Part shown: piece by piece, positions 35,755 through 45,361 of the stretch
Layout of the letters: each line of letters starts with the position of its first letter
How positions within the stretch are numbered: position 1 is the stretch's first letter
From: an uncultured Spirochaetota bacterium
GTDB lineage: Bacteria; Spirochaetota; UBA4802; UBA5550
NCBI GenBank assembly: GCA_963827275.1
Contig: CAWHAA010000010.1
Location: 64,001-128,000 of the forward strand
DNA length: 64,000 nt
Direction: 5' to 3'
Position numbers and translations under genes: made by a program
Notes under the pieces: generated by a model
The model's database searches: none
Seen by the model: only the letters and a program-made list of their open reading frames with translations
What the model was told of the DNA's origin: nothing

Positions 35755-37038
35755 ATGGCGCGCCCGCAGCCGCCCGTGACACCACGACCAAAATGGAAAA
35801 CCAATGAAAAACTCCAGGCGAACAAAGAAAATCCCGGTGACCTGAAACCGTCCAGGAAAAGAAAGCCAATCATCACCAGGCGTTTCATTATCGCCATTTC
35901 ACTGATCTACTCGCTCCTCATCATCGGGACCGCCGCCGCGTTTCATGTCACCGCCCAGATGAACACCGCCGCCTTGAAAGACGCGCTGGCCGCGCAGTCC
36001 CATGAGCTCCTCGCCGGCAGGATCGAAAACCATGTCGGTCGCCTGCGCAGCGCGAACGCGGCAACGCCGGATGCGGTCAAAAAGGAGCTCCTCGGAAGCG
36101 CTGCGGCCCCGGGCAGCCTGCACGCGGTAATAATTTTCACCAAGACCGAGGACGAGAATTATTTCCGCATAGCCGACTCCGTCATCTTCTCACCGGACCT
36201 GAAGCTCGACCTCGCCCCCTCTGCGGTGGTCCGCGAGGGGAACAGTACCGGCTATCTGAAAAAAGGCCTCCTGCACCCCGCGGTCGACCCCGGCACCTAT
36301 TCCCAGGGCGCGTATACCTGGCAGAATGTCTATTATCCCTACGAATTCGGCAGGAGAAAGGCGGTGCTGCAATTCATGGCAGCGGCGGAGTCAACGCAGG
36401 AAACCATCGAGCGCTACGCCGAGGAGACGGGCAGGACGCGGACCTTCATGATCGCGCTCACCCTGTTCCTTGTCATCGCCGTCGCGCTCCTCTCCATCAT
36501 CTTTCTCCAAAATTACAGCCTTCTCATCAGGAACCTGTCGCGCTACATGAAAAAAGCCGCTGACGGCGATCTCAACGTAACGCTGCACCCGGCGGAGGAC
36601 GTCGAGCTGAACCAGCTCGCCCTTTCCTTCAACACCCTTATCGAAGAATTAAAAGAGAAGACCGCCCGCGGACCGGAAACACCCGCCGGCACGGGGCAGG
36701 AAGAACCGACCGGCGCCGAACCGCCGCAGGGGCCTGAAGCGGCGTCCGGGACCGAAGCCCCCCCCGAGGCGGAAGGGCCCGGGGCCATTTTCGCCGCCGG
36801 CGTCTCGCTCCTCAAGGAGAACAGGCTCGATGACGCGATCGCCATCTTCACGACCATGACGATCATCAAGCCGAACGGGTTCGGCAGCTTCTTCAACCTG
36901 GGGGTCGCGTACGCGAAAAAAAGGGACTACGATGCCGCCATACGGATGTTTGAATCGGCGCAGCGGATCAACCCCTCCTACGAGGTGACCTCCGCGTACA
37001 TCGAAAAGATCAAGCGGCTGCGTGACCCGGATGACTGA
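35755..37038 (+). CDS. Membrane protein with periplasmic domain, HAMP and C-terminal TPR
   Basis: Two TM helices, HAMP (AADGDL...ELNQLALSFN), Pro/Glu-rich linker, TPR (FFNLGVAY); start uncertain. Confidence 0.75.
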   Translation: MARPQPPVTPRPKWKTNEKLQANKENPGDLKPSRKRKPIITRRFIIAISLIYSLLIIGTAAAFHVTAQMNTAALKDALAAQSHELLAGRIENHVGRLRSANAATPDAVKKELLGSAAAPGSLHAVIIFTKTEDENYFRIADSVIFSPDLKLDLAPSAVVREGNSTGYLKKGLLHPAVDPGTYSQGAYTWQNVYYPYEFGRRKAVLQFMAAAESTQETIERYAEETGRTRTFMIALTLFLVIAVALLSIIFLQNYSLLIRNLSRYMKKAADGDLNVTLHPAEDVELNQLALSFNTLIEELKEKTARGPETPAGTGQEEPTGAEPPQGPEAASGTEAPPEAEGPGAIFAAGVSLLKENRLDDAIAIFTTMTIIKPNGFGSFFNLGVAYAKKRDYDAAIRMFESAQRINPSYEVTSAYIEKIKRLRDPDD

Positions 37039-38836
37039 TTTCGACGGCCTCAAAAAAAGCGTTTCGCGCTTCCCGGACCAGCCCGGCGTGTATATTATGA
37101 AAGACGGCGACGGCTCGGTCATCTACATCGGCAAGGCGTTGTCGCTGAAAAAGAGGGTCTCCTCCTATTTCCGCGCGAGCGGCCTCGACCTCAAGACGCG
37201 TGTGCTGGTGCAGATCATCCGGGACATCGAGTTCATCATCACCGACTCTGAAATCGAGGCCCTCATCCTCGAGAGCGGGCTCATCAGGAAGCACAAGCCG
37301 AAATTCAACATCCAGAAGAAAGACGACAAGCGCTATCCCTACATCGCCGTTACCATGAACGAGGAGTACCCCCGCGTCATATTCACCAGGAGCGTCCGGC
37401 ATAACGGCACCCGCTACTTCGGCCCCTACACCGACGCGCAGGCCGCACGGAACACGGTGTCGCTCATCAACGCCATTTTCAAGCTCAAGCTCTGCACCAG
37501 GGAGCTCCCCCTGAAAAAAAACGAGCGCCCCTGTATGAACGCCCAGATCAACAAGTGCGGCGGCGTCTGCACCGGCGCCGTGACCAGGGACGACTACCTG
37601 AAGATCATAGACAGCGCAGTGAAGTTCCTCGAGGGACGGATTGAGCCGGTGGTGAGGGACCTCCAGGCCATGATGAAGCGCTTCTCGGACGAGCACAGGT
37701 TCGAGAGGGCCGCCGAGATCCGCGACATGATCTTCGACATACAGAAGCTCTCCGAGACACAGAAAGTGCATGCGGCCGTCGGGATGGACCAGGACTACAT
37801 CGGCGTTGCAAAGCACGGGAGTGAGGCGATCATCATCCTCTTTGAATTCCGCGGCGGCGTGCTCCTGGGGAGAAAGATATCCATATACGACAACGCGGAG
37901 TACGCGGCCGACGAGGAGATTATCGCCGCCTTTATCACCGGCTTCTACGAGACGGCGGAGATCCCCGCGCGCATCGTCGCGGAGCGCAGGCTCGCCGACC
38001 GCGGCGTGCTGGAGCGCTACCTCACCGACAGGTCAAAACGCAGGGTGACCGTCACCGGGCCCGGGACCGCCGAAGACAGGGGGATCATCAGGCTCATCCA
38101 CAAGAACATCGACATCATCGCGGCGGAGCGTTACGCGGACCGGGAGAGCAAAAACACGCTCCAGGGCCTTGAAGAGCTGCAGCGCGTCCTGGGGCTGAAG
38201 GGGCCGCCCCGCGCCATGGAGTGCTTCGACATATCGAACCTCCAGGGGACCGACCCTGTCGCGTCGATGGTGCGGTTCCGCGACGGCAGGCCGGACCCCT
38301 CCGGCTACCGGCGTTATAAGATCAGGGGCCATGCGTCGGCCGACGACCCCGGGATGATACACGAGGCCGTGGCGCGCCGGGTCCAGCATCTTGTCAACGA
38401 GGGCGTTGAGTTCCCGGACCTGATGGTGATCGACGGCGGCAGGACCCAGCTCGCGCGGGCGATGGAAGCGGCGGCCAACTTCACAAAAGGCATCCGCATC
38501 ATATCCCTGGCAAAGCGGCTCGAAGAGATATACACCGCGCCCGGCAAACCGCCCATGAGGCTTGACGCGTCATCGCCCGCCCTGAAGATACTGACCGGCA
38601 TGCGCGACGAAGCCCACCGCTTCGCGATAACCTATCACCGGAAGCTCCGCGATAAAAAGACGACCCGCTCCGCCCTCGACGATATCGCCATCAGCGGCAG
38701 CGCCAGGAAAGCCCTCCTGGCGCATTTCAAGTCCGTCGAAGGGATACGGCAGGCGACGCGGGGCGAGCTCATGGAGGTCAGCGGGATCGGGGAAAAGGCC
38801 GCGGACAAAATCCGCGCCTTCTTCGACGGGGAGTGA
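37031..38836 (+). CDS. uvrC: Excinuclease ABC subunit C
   Basis: PGVY...YIGKA GIY-YIG, UVR domain, ECFDISN, IDGG, RDEAHRFA, HhH. Confidence 0.96.
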   Translation: MTDFDGLKKSVSRFPDQPGVYIMKDGDGSVIYIGKALSLKKRVSSYFRASGLDLKTRVLVQIIRDIEFIITDSEIEALILESGLIRKHKPKFNIQKKDDKRYPYIAVTMNEEYPRVIFTRSVRHNGTRYFGPYTDAQAARNTVSLINAIFKLKLCTRELPLKKNERPCMNAQINKCGGVCTGAVTRDDYLKIIDSAVKFLEGRIEPVVRDLQAMMKRFSDEHRFERAAEIRDMIFDIQKLSETQKVHAAVGMDQDYIGVAKHGSEAIIILFEFRGGVLLGRKISIYDNAEYAADEEIIAAFITGFYETAEIPARIVAERRLADRGVLERYLTDRSKRRVTVTGPGTAEDRGIIRLIHKNIDIIAAERYADRESKNTLQGLEELQRVLGLKGPPRAMECFDISNLQGTDPVASMVRFRDGRPDPSGYRRYKIRGHASADDPGMIHEAVARRVQHLVNEGVEFPDLMVIDGGRTQLARAMEAAANFTKGIRIISLAKRLEEIYTAPGKPPMRLDASSPALKILTGMRDEAHRFAITYHRKLRDKKTTRSALDDIAISGSARKALLAHFKSVEGIRQATRGELMEVSGIGEKAADKIRAFFDGE

Positions 38837-39568
38837 TCAGCGCTTCGGTTTCTTCGACGCCTTCACGACGAGCGCGCGAAACCGCGCGGTATTCCTGATT
38901 TTCACAAACGACTCATCTTTTTTCAACAGATCGGCGTCGCCGAACCCGGCGTCAACCGCCTTATCAAGGCTTTCAAACGCCTTCCGCGTATCGTTTGTCC
39001 GGGCATGGAAGCAGGCCAGGTTGTAATGGGCGGGATAAAAGGACCGGTCTGCGTTGACGGCCTTTTCATACATAGCGGCCGCATCGTCCCGCTTATCGAG
39101 CCGGTTATAGGCAAGCCCGCAATTGTAGTAGAATTCAGCCTGCGCGGGGTCGAGCGTGATGGCGCGCTCATAGCTTGCCGCAGCGCTCTTGAATTTGTCC
39201 ATCCTGAAAAATGCGTTGCCGCGGTTATAGTATGCGGAGGCGTACTTCCCGTTCATGAGTATCGCCCGGTTCGCGTCAGACACGGCCAGGTCGTATTTCC
39301 CCTTTTTTATGTATTCCACGCTCCTGTTGTTGTAGGCCCCTGCGCCGGGATCAATATCGATCGACTTTGTATAGGCCTGTATCGCCAGGTCGGTCTTCCC
39401 CTCCCGGCTGAACCGGACCCCTTCATTGTAATGGCGGCGCGCTTCAATGTCCAGGCTGACCATCCTTGAATTATCGAACTTCACCAGCGGGGTCGCAGTG
39501 CAGGCGATGAGCAGGGATGGAAGCAATAATAATGACAGCGAAAAGTTCTTATATACTATCATCTTCAT
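38837..39568 (-). CDS. TPR-repeat lipoprotein
   Basis: Lipobox LIAC; repeated AYNNR/AYYNRG/YNLAC TPR motifs. Confidence 0.82.
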   Translation of the reverse strand: MKMIVYKNFSLSLLLLPSLLIACTATPLVKFDNSRMVSLDIEARRHYNEGVRFSREGKTDLAIQAYTKSIDIDPGAGAYNNRSVEYIKKGKYDLAVSDANRAILMNGKYASAYYNRGNAFFRMDKFKSAAASYERAITLDPAQAEFYYNCGLAYNRLDKRDDAAAMYEKAVNADRSFYPAHYNLACFHARTNDTRKAFESLDKAVDAGFGDADLLKKDESFVKIRNTARFRALVVKASKKPKR

Positions 39569-39707
39569 AGATATATCCTGATACTATATGTTCAGAAGTA
39601 AAATCATTTTTGGGGGCCGGGGGCCCTGTTAACCTATATTTTTATAATATCCAGAAATTTACTTTACACAGGGAACCCGTCCTGTATTGTGTGTTTCGAA
39701 ACTGATA

Positions 39708-39782
39708 CGGGGCGTAGCGCAGTCCGGTTAGCGCACTTGACTGGGGGTCAAGGGGTCGGAAGTTCAAATCTTCTCGCCCCGA
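39708..39782 (+). tRNA. tRNA-Pro (GGG), CCA not encoded
   Basis: Acceptor stem CGGGGCG/CGCCCCG, anticodon arm CTTGA-CTGGGGG-TCAAG, T-loop GTTCAAATC; promoter-like TTTACA-16-TATTGT at 39663-39690. Confidence 0.95.
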
Positions 39783-39793
39783 ATAGTTTACAC

Positions 39794-39826
39794 AAAGCGG
39801 CTTTCCGAAGGGGAAGCCGCTTTTTT
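39794..39826 (+). terminator. Intrinsic terminator after tRNA-Pro
   Basis: AAAGCGGCTTTCC-GAAG-GGGAAGCCGC followed by T6. Confidence 0.85.
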
Positions 39827-39972
39827 ATGTATGCCGGCAGACATAGGGCACGAGCCCCAGGTATTACATCTTCGAAATAAATACACCGGCGCCATATATA
39901 ATTCAGACATATTTTTTCTCCTGCGGCAATAATGGCATGGTTGTGTTCAGCGTCAAATTCCGCATGGCTCAA

Positions 39973-40770
39973 TTATATATACGTTATATCCCCCGACAGG
40001 ATCATCTGCCGTGACCCGCTTACGTTCATGATGACCAGCGCACCGCCCATGTCAATATCCACGACGGTCCCGAGGGTTCGCACCCCATCCTGCTCGATGC
40101 ACACCCTTCTCCCTATTATGCCGGAGTACTCCCGCCACCTGTCGAGTATGGCATCGAACCTGCCGAAGATGAACATCTCGTACCGGCGCTCAAACCGCTC
40201 AAGCAGCGATATCACGATTTCCTCGCGCGATGTTTCCCGTCCGGTTTCAATCAGCAGCGACGACGCGATGTCCCGCACCTCCGCGGGAAACCGTTCCGCC
40301 GGCGTATTCACGTTGATCCCGATCCCGACGATGACGATGGCGGCGCCGTCATCGCGCGCGTGGAGCTCGGTAAGGATCCCGCAGATCTTCCGGTTGTTTA
40401 ACAGCAGGTCATTGGGCCACTTGATGTCGGCCCTTACGCCGGCGGCCGATTCCAGGGCCTCCGCCGCCGCCACCGCGGCAACGAGCGTTATCCCCGGCAG
40501 GCTGTTCAGCGGGGCTCGTGGCGTCAGGATGATCGAAAGGTATATCCCCGTGCCGCCCGGAGAATGCCATTCCCGGTTCATGCGCCCCCGTCCCGCGGTC
40601 TGCCGATCGGCCAGCACCACGGTCCCCTCGGCGGCCCCGCCCCGCGCAAGGAGCAGGGCCCGCGTATTCGTCGAATCGGTTTCGTGAAAATGCATGATCT
40701 TTTTACCGATGACAGAGGTCCCGAGTCCCGCGGCTATCGCGTCTGTATGTATCATTGTACTGCGTGTCAT
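39973..40770 (-). CDS. birA: Biotin-protein ligase (monofunctional, no HTH)
   Basis: DSTN, QTAGRGRMNREW, IKWPNDL, KICGIL, GIGINVN. Confidence 0.93.
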   Translation of the reverse strand: MTRSTMIHTDAIAAGLGTSVIGKKIMHFHETDSTNTRALLLARGGAAEGTVVLADRQTAGRGRMNREWHSPGGTGIYLSIILTPRAPLNSLPGITLVAAVAAAEALESAAGVRADIKWPNDLLLNNRKICGILTELHARDDGAAIVIVGIGINVNTPAERFPAEVRDIASSLLIETGRETSREEIVISLLERFERRYEMFIFGRFDAILDRWREYSGIIGRRVCIEQDGVRTLGTVVDIDMGGALVIMNVSGSRQMILSGDITYI

Positions 40771-41037
40771 TGGTTGGTGCCGTCGCGTCCCGTAACGGTG
40801 AGTTAGCGTTATCCATGCGACACCGCCTGTCAAGAATGAAATCGCCCGGCAATCTTCGATTTCACTGCATAAGCAGGCCTTTTCAAGGTAAAATTGCCCC
40901 CCTTCGGCAAAAACAAGTTGCAATAATCCCGGGGAGCGACTAACATGCAACCATGTATCGCGACTGCCTTCCCGCTCGACGGCGGGGGGTAATTTCAGCG
41001 AACAACCTCCAATAATTCTTCAAGATGGTGACTGCAT

Positions 41038-41856
41038 ATGGACCTGGAAGAGTTTTTTGACCGGAAGCAGATCATAAAATTGAAAATAGCCGAGAAACAG
41101 CTTGTCATAAAGGAGCTCGTCGACAAGCTCCATGACCTCGGCCGCATTAACAATAAAGAGCGCTATTACGCCCAGGTGATCCACAGGGAATCCCTTGAGA
41201 ATACCGGCATCGGGAACGGCCTGGCGATCCCCCATGCGCGCACCGAGTCCGTCTCGGACCTGATCTCGGTGTTCGGGATACTGGAAAAGCCGATCGACTA
41301 CCAGTCGATCGACGACAAGCCGGTGCGGTACGTCCTCCTGAGCATTTTCCCCACCGAGATGAGCACCAAGTACCTGTACCTCATCGGGATGATGGCACGC
41401 ATATTCTCCGACAGGCAAAAAAGAAAGATCATGGACAGCGAGCCGACGCCGGCAAAGGTGTACTCCTTCCTGAAAAAAGAAGCAAAAGCCTATTACGAGT
41501 CAATATCGGTCAAGAACAAGCCGAGGCCCGGCAAGCCCGAAAACCTGTCTGGCGTGCCCTCGTCAGACCTTGACCTCCTGATACGCCTTGACAGCCTGTA
41601 CAAGGTCCTCGATGAAGGGAACAAGAGCGAGTCGCTCGTTAAAAAGATAGACTCGATGAAAAAGCTGATCGACAACCGCTCCCTCACCTACTACGAGCGG
41701 ATGCGGAAGAAGCGGGACAATCCCTTTTCAATCGTCGAGAAAAACAGCTGCTCCGGGTGCCACATGGAGATACCGCCTTTTTATATCGAGCAGATCAAGG
41801 ACCGCAAGGGGATATCGCTCTGCACCCACTGCGGAAGGTTTTTGATACTGCTGTAA
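41038..41856 (+). CDS. PTS EIIA (Ntr/Fru-like) domain fused to a C4 zinc-ribbon domain
   Basis: RE...TGIGNGLAIPHAR EIIA motif; C-terminal YYERMR...CSGCHM...CTHCGRFL. Confidence 0.85.
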   Translation: MDLEEFFDRKQIIKLKIAEKQLVIKELVDKLHDLGRINNKERYYAQVIHRESLENTGIGNGLAIPHARTESVSDLISVFGILEKPIDYQSIDDKPVRYVLLSIFPTEMSTKYLYLIGMMARIFSDRQKRKIMDSEPTPAKVYSFLKKEAKAYYESISVKNKPRPGKPENLSGVPSSDLDLLIRLDSLYKVLDEGNKSESLVKKIDSMKKLIDNRSLTYYERMRKKRDNPFSIVEKNSCSGCHMEIPPFYIEQIKDRKGISLCTHCGRFLILL

Positions 41857-41991
41857 ATTCATTCCTGTCCCCGGATGGGGCGCGAAATAACATCATTCCT
41901 CGTTACTTTGCCGGGATGCCCGGCGGGCGATTAATGACGAGCGGACGCAGGCTCCTCCCTTTTTATTCCCTCAATCGTCGGGGGGCGAAAT

Positions 41992-42051
41992 GGGCGGGTT
42001 GCCCGCCCAGACCTTCGCATAGGGGGGCCGTTACACGACGGCCCCCCTATG
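41992..42051. repeat. REP-like GC-rich hairpin cluster
   Basis: GGGCGGG-TTG-CCCGCCC and CATAGGGGGGCCGT-TACACG-ACGGCCCCCCTATG (14-bp perfect stem). Confidence 0.6.
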
Positions 42052-42271
42052 AACCCCCCGCGTGGTCGCTCAAACGCCGCGTCAGGCTGATGCTTATGTA
42101 GGTTACTTATTCACGCCTCGTGTGCATTTTGAATTCGGTAGCCGCTTGCAGGATTGCCAAGAGTGTAGTTAAGAAATTATCGGCTTTCGCTCCGGAAGCC
42201 GCATCCTGCGGCATCCTCGCATCGCCGGGCCTCCTGCCCGGCGGCTAAGCCGGTATCAACCGAAATTTCTC

Positions 42272-42300
42272 TTGCAAATAATGCTTACTGCTGTTATACT
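42272..42300 (+). promoter_or_regulatory. Near-consensus sigma70 promoter at the left edge of the island
   Basis: TTGCAA-17 bp-TATACT with extended -10 TGn. Confidence 0.65.
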
Positions 42301-42387
42301 ATTCCACGGGTAGACATTCGTTTCGACTTTTCATAAATTTTTATCAATTTTCACGGCGCGCGCGATCTTTCGGCAGGCTCAGGACAA

Positions 42388-42490
42388 GAATTTTAAGCCT
42401 CTGTCCGGCGCTTTTTGTGCCGGAGGGGTGTCGGCTTCAGATAAAACGCATCCAGCCGCATAGGCCGCAACCTATGAGGGTGTATTTTCT
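42388..42490 (+). repeat. Structured dispersed repeat, copy R1
   Basis: TTAAGCC...TCCGGCGCTTTTTGTGCCGGAGGGG...TCGGCTTCAGATAAAACGCA, shared with 57882 and 58897. Confidence 0.8.
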
Positions 42491-42526
42491 TATGTATTAA
42501 ATTATTCTATTATTCGGGAGAGCGCA

Positions 42527-43918
42527 ATGATACCATGCAGGTTAAAAAGGACAGGATATGCATCTGGATTGATTATTTTTTTCATTGTATTGATGCTGGC
42601 GTTATCAGACGTACAGGCACAGACGGTAAATCCTCAAGATACCCTCAAGCAATATACTGCTGAATTAAAAAAGAATCCTGATAATTATGCCTTGCGGGAA
42701 AAAATCATCAAGCTTGCCCGAACCATAAAACCTGCACCTGCTATACCTGCCGATGCGGAAAACTCTGTCAAACGGGCGGAATCTGCATTCAATAAAGCCA
42801 AAACCGGGGCCGATTTCGCACAAGCAGCGAAGGAGTATGAGAAAGCACTCCTCGTCGCTCCATGGGTGCCTGATTACTATTATAATTGCGCAATCACCTA
42901 TGAAAAAGCTTCGAAACCGGAAGAAGCAATGCGTAATTATGAGCTCTATCTGACCGCAGTGCCCTATACTGCGGATGCGGGTGCTATACGCAAACGCATC
43001 TCGGATCTTGAGAAGCAGGCACAGGTGTCGAATTCTCGGGATGCCCTTAAACAGCATATAGCCGATTTAAAAAAGAATCCTGATAATTATGCGTTGCGGG
43101 AGAAAATAATCAAGCTTGTCAGAAGCATGACACCAGCTCCGGCCATGCCTTCTGATGCGCAAAATTATGCCAAAAGTGCGGAATCAGCATTCAACAAAGC
43201 CAAAACCGAAGCAGATTTCACACGAGCAGCGAAGGAGTATGAGAAAGCACTCCTCGTCGCACCATGGGTGCCTGACTACTATTATAATTGCGCCGTCACC
43301 TATGAAAAAGCTTCGAAACCGGAAGAAGCACTGCGTAATTATGATCTCTATCTGACCGCTGCCCCCAATACTGGGGATGCAAATGCCATACGAAAACATA
43401 TCGACGAACTTGAGAATCAGGCATATCGGGCTAAAAAATATGAAAAGGGATATGATTATAAAGAGAAAAAAAGAGACGAGCTTTTACTCCTGAACGCACA
43501 GAAATCAACCGTTGGAGCGTGGGCCATGTCATTTTTCATTGGAGCATTTACCCCCTTCCTCGGAAGCGGTCAGTACTTTGCTGAATCGTACGGGACGGCC
43601 GTATGCACTACGCTTATCGGGCTTGCTTCGTATGGAATATTCCTGGGTGGAGTGGTTCCGGAAGAAAATGCATCAGAGAATAGAATCAAGGAAAAAAGAA
43701 AACTCACGATTGCCGGTGGTGTGATATTTACCGCTGTCTGGTTTTTTGACTGGATATACGCGCCGCTGGCCACGATGAAATATAATGAGAAGTTGAAGGA
43801 AAAATTCTCGTCATCGACAGGTTCGATTGTTCCACTGTTTTCGTATGTTCCGCAATTTTCTTACAAATTATCAGATGTCGACCATGTTGTAAAGTTGGGG
43901 CTGTCTATGCGGTTTTGA
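42527..43918 (+). CDS. Secreted protein with a duplicated TPR module and a hydrophobic C-terminal domain
   Basis: Signal peptide (VQA-Q), two 134-aa repeats (YEKALLVAPWVPDYYYNCA), C-terminal GAFTPFLGSGQYF plus TM segments, ends in F. Confidence 0.85.
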   Translation: MIPCRLKRTGYASGLIIFFIVLMLALSDVQAQTVNPQDTLKQYTAELKKNPDNYALREKIIKLARTIKPAPAIPADAENSVKRAESAFNKAKTGADFAQAAKEYEKALLVAPWVPDYYYNCAITYEKASKPEEAMRNYELYLTAVPYTADAGAIRKRISDLEKQAQVSNSRDALKQHIADLKKNPDNYALREKIIKLVRSMTPAPAMPSDAQNYAKSAESAFNKAKTEADFTRAAKEYEKALLVAPWVPDYYYNCAVTYEKASKPEEALRNYDLYLTAAPNTGDANAIRKHIDELENQAYRAKKYEKGYDYKEKKRDELLLLNAQKSTVGAWAMSFFIGAFTPFLGSGQYFAESYGTAVCTTLIGLASYGIFLGGVVPEENASENRIKEKRKLTIAGGVIFTAVWFFDWIYAPLATMKYNEKLKEKFSSSTGSIVPLFSYVPQFSYKLSDVDHVVKLGLSMRF

Positions 43919-44050
43919 ATTTTGAGCAGGGTGCCCCTCGGTTGGTGCTGGATTATCTAACCTCTATGAAGTATTTTAATTATCCAGGATGTTACGGCCA
44001 CACCAGCACCGCCCGATGAGTAGGGTCAGGAGATGGCGCCGTTGGCATCA

Positions 44051-44121
44051 CCAGAGGGGGACATCTTCAGATAAAACGCATTCTGCCTCTTGCGACGGAA
44101 CTGATGGCAGGGCAATTTCCC
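44051..44121 (+). repeat. Structured dispersed repeat, partial copy R2
   Basis: GAGGGG...CTTCAGATAAAACGCAT (17 nt identical to R1) and GAACTGA in the same register as R3. Confidence 0.6.
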
Positions 44122-44260
44122 GGTTGATCATTAACAATTTCCATTGATTTTGAGATGATTTTTTTCATTATAATATATAATATATCAGTATCGTTTTAAC
44201 AGGCACAGTGCCCTGTTATTTTATTTATCAAATCAGATTCCACATATCTATCCAGAAAGG

Positions 44261-45361
44261 ATGAATTTTATGAAAAGAAACATTACTGCCACAATGAGAT
44301 TGTCCATCTTCTTAATGACTGCTTTGATATCGTTATTATTTTCCTTTGCCTGTAACAGAAGCGTCACCCCAGCTACCGATGATAGCGGTACCATGAATTT
44401 TTACTTTGGCAATATCCACAGTCACACCGGGCTTTCCGATGGCGAGGGCACGCCCGATGAAGCGTTCTCATGGGCGCGCGATGCGGCAAAGTATGATTTT
44501 TATATAAATACCGACCATGGCGAATACCTGTTCCAGGAACAGTGGGACAGCATCGGAGAATCTGCCGACGCATTTAATGAAGATGGAGCGTTTACGGCGA
44601 TAAGAGGATTTGAATACTCGGAGCCTCTGACCGGACACGCCTGTGTGTACAACACGGATTCCTTTACCGGGGCGGTATTAATGCCAATTTTTACGACATT
44701 CTACACATGGCTTGATCAAATAAATGGCCTCGCCGTATTCAACCATCCAGGCGATTTTGGCGATTTTAACAAATTACAATATTACGAAAAAGTCGCGGAT
44801 AATTTTTTCGGAATAGAAACAGGCAACGGCTCTGATGCCAACAATGACGGCACCTATCTTGATTACTATACGTTGGCCCTTGATAATGGATGGAGAGTGG
44901 CTCCGGTAAGCAACCAGGACAACCACTCCTTTTCCACAAACTCCCACAGGACCGTTATGGTATGTGAAAACCTGACCAGAGATGACATTTATGGCGCTAT
45001 GGCGGCTCGAAGAGTCTATTCTTCGGACGATCCCAACATGAAGATTGTTTTCAAGGCGAATGACGAATGGATGGGTTCGGAAATAAATGTTTCTGAAAAT
45101 AGCGTGGCCTTCACCGTCACTGTAACAGACGACGAGCCAATAACAAAAATGGAGCTGGTTACCGGGGAAGGAGTTGTTGCTTCGGAAATCTCATTTATTG
45201 ACAATAATGGATCGGCGGAATGGGTGCCAACGGTCGCCGTAAATGGAAGCACATACTTCTTTCTCAAGGTATACGAGACGAACCAGCTCGATGCGGATGA
45301 TCCAGGCGACGTTCAGATTGCGGTTACCGCGCCAATATGGATTACCGTATCTGGAATGTAA
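44261..45361 (+). CDS. PHP-fold metallohydrolase lipoprotein (CehA/McbA-like)
   Basis: Lipobox SFAC; GNIHSHT..SDG, TDH, GFEY, NHP, NQDNH metal ligands. Confidence 0.82.
   Translation: MNFMKRNITATMRLSIFLMTALISLLFSFACNRSVTPATDDSGTMNFYFGNIHSHTGLSDGEGTPDEAFSWARDAAKYDFYINTDHGEYLFQEQWDSIGESADAFNEDGAFTAIRGFEYSEPLTGHACVYNTDSFTGAVLMPIFTTFYTWLDQINGLAVFNHPGDFGDFNKLQYYEKVADNFFGIETGNGSDANNDGTYLDYYTLALDNGWRVAPVSNQDNHSFSTNSHRTVMVCENLTRDDIYGAMAARRVYSSDDPNMKIVFKANDEWMGSEINVSENSVAFTVTVTDDEPITKMELVTGEGVVASEISFIDNNGSAEWVPTVAVNGSTYFFLKVYETNQLDADDPGDVQIAVTAPIWITVSGM

Noticed and set aside
39708..39782. tRNA-Pro as the island integration site
   Set aside because: It lies 2.4 kb from the island with birA and the EIIA gene in between, and I saw no duplicated tRNA 3' end
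42367..42388. CTTTCGGCAGGCTCAGGACAAG, similar to a widespread REP half-site
   Set aside because: Single degenerate copy without its inverted partner in this window
42393..42490. Repeat as a small minus-strand ORF or integrase remnant (KKIHPHRLR...AFYLK...PLRHKKRR)
   Set aside because: A stop lies just upstream in R1, R3 has an in-frame stop and R4 shifts frame; residues after HxxR do not follow the tyrosine-recombinase pattern
41860..42500. RNase P RNA, tmRNA or a known riboswitch after the zinc-ribbon gene
   Set aside because: No GAGGAAAGTCC, tRNA-like ends or c-di-GMP/T-box signatures recognisable by eye; an Rfam scan would be decisive
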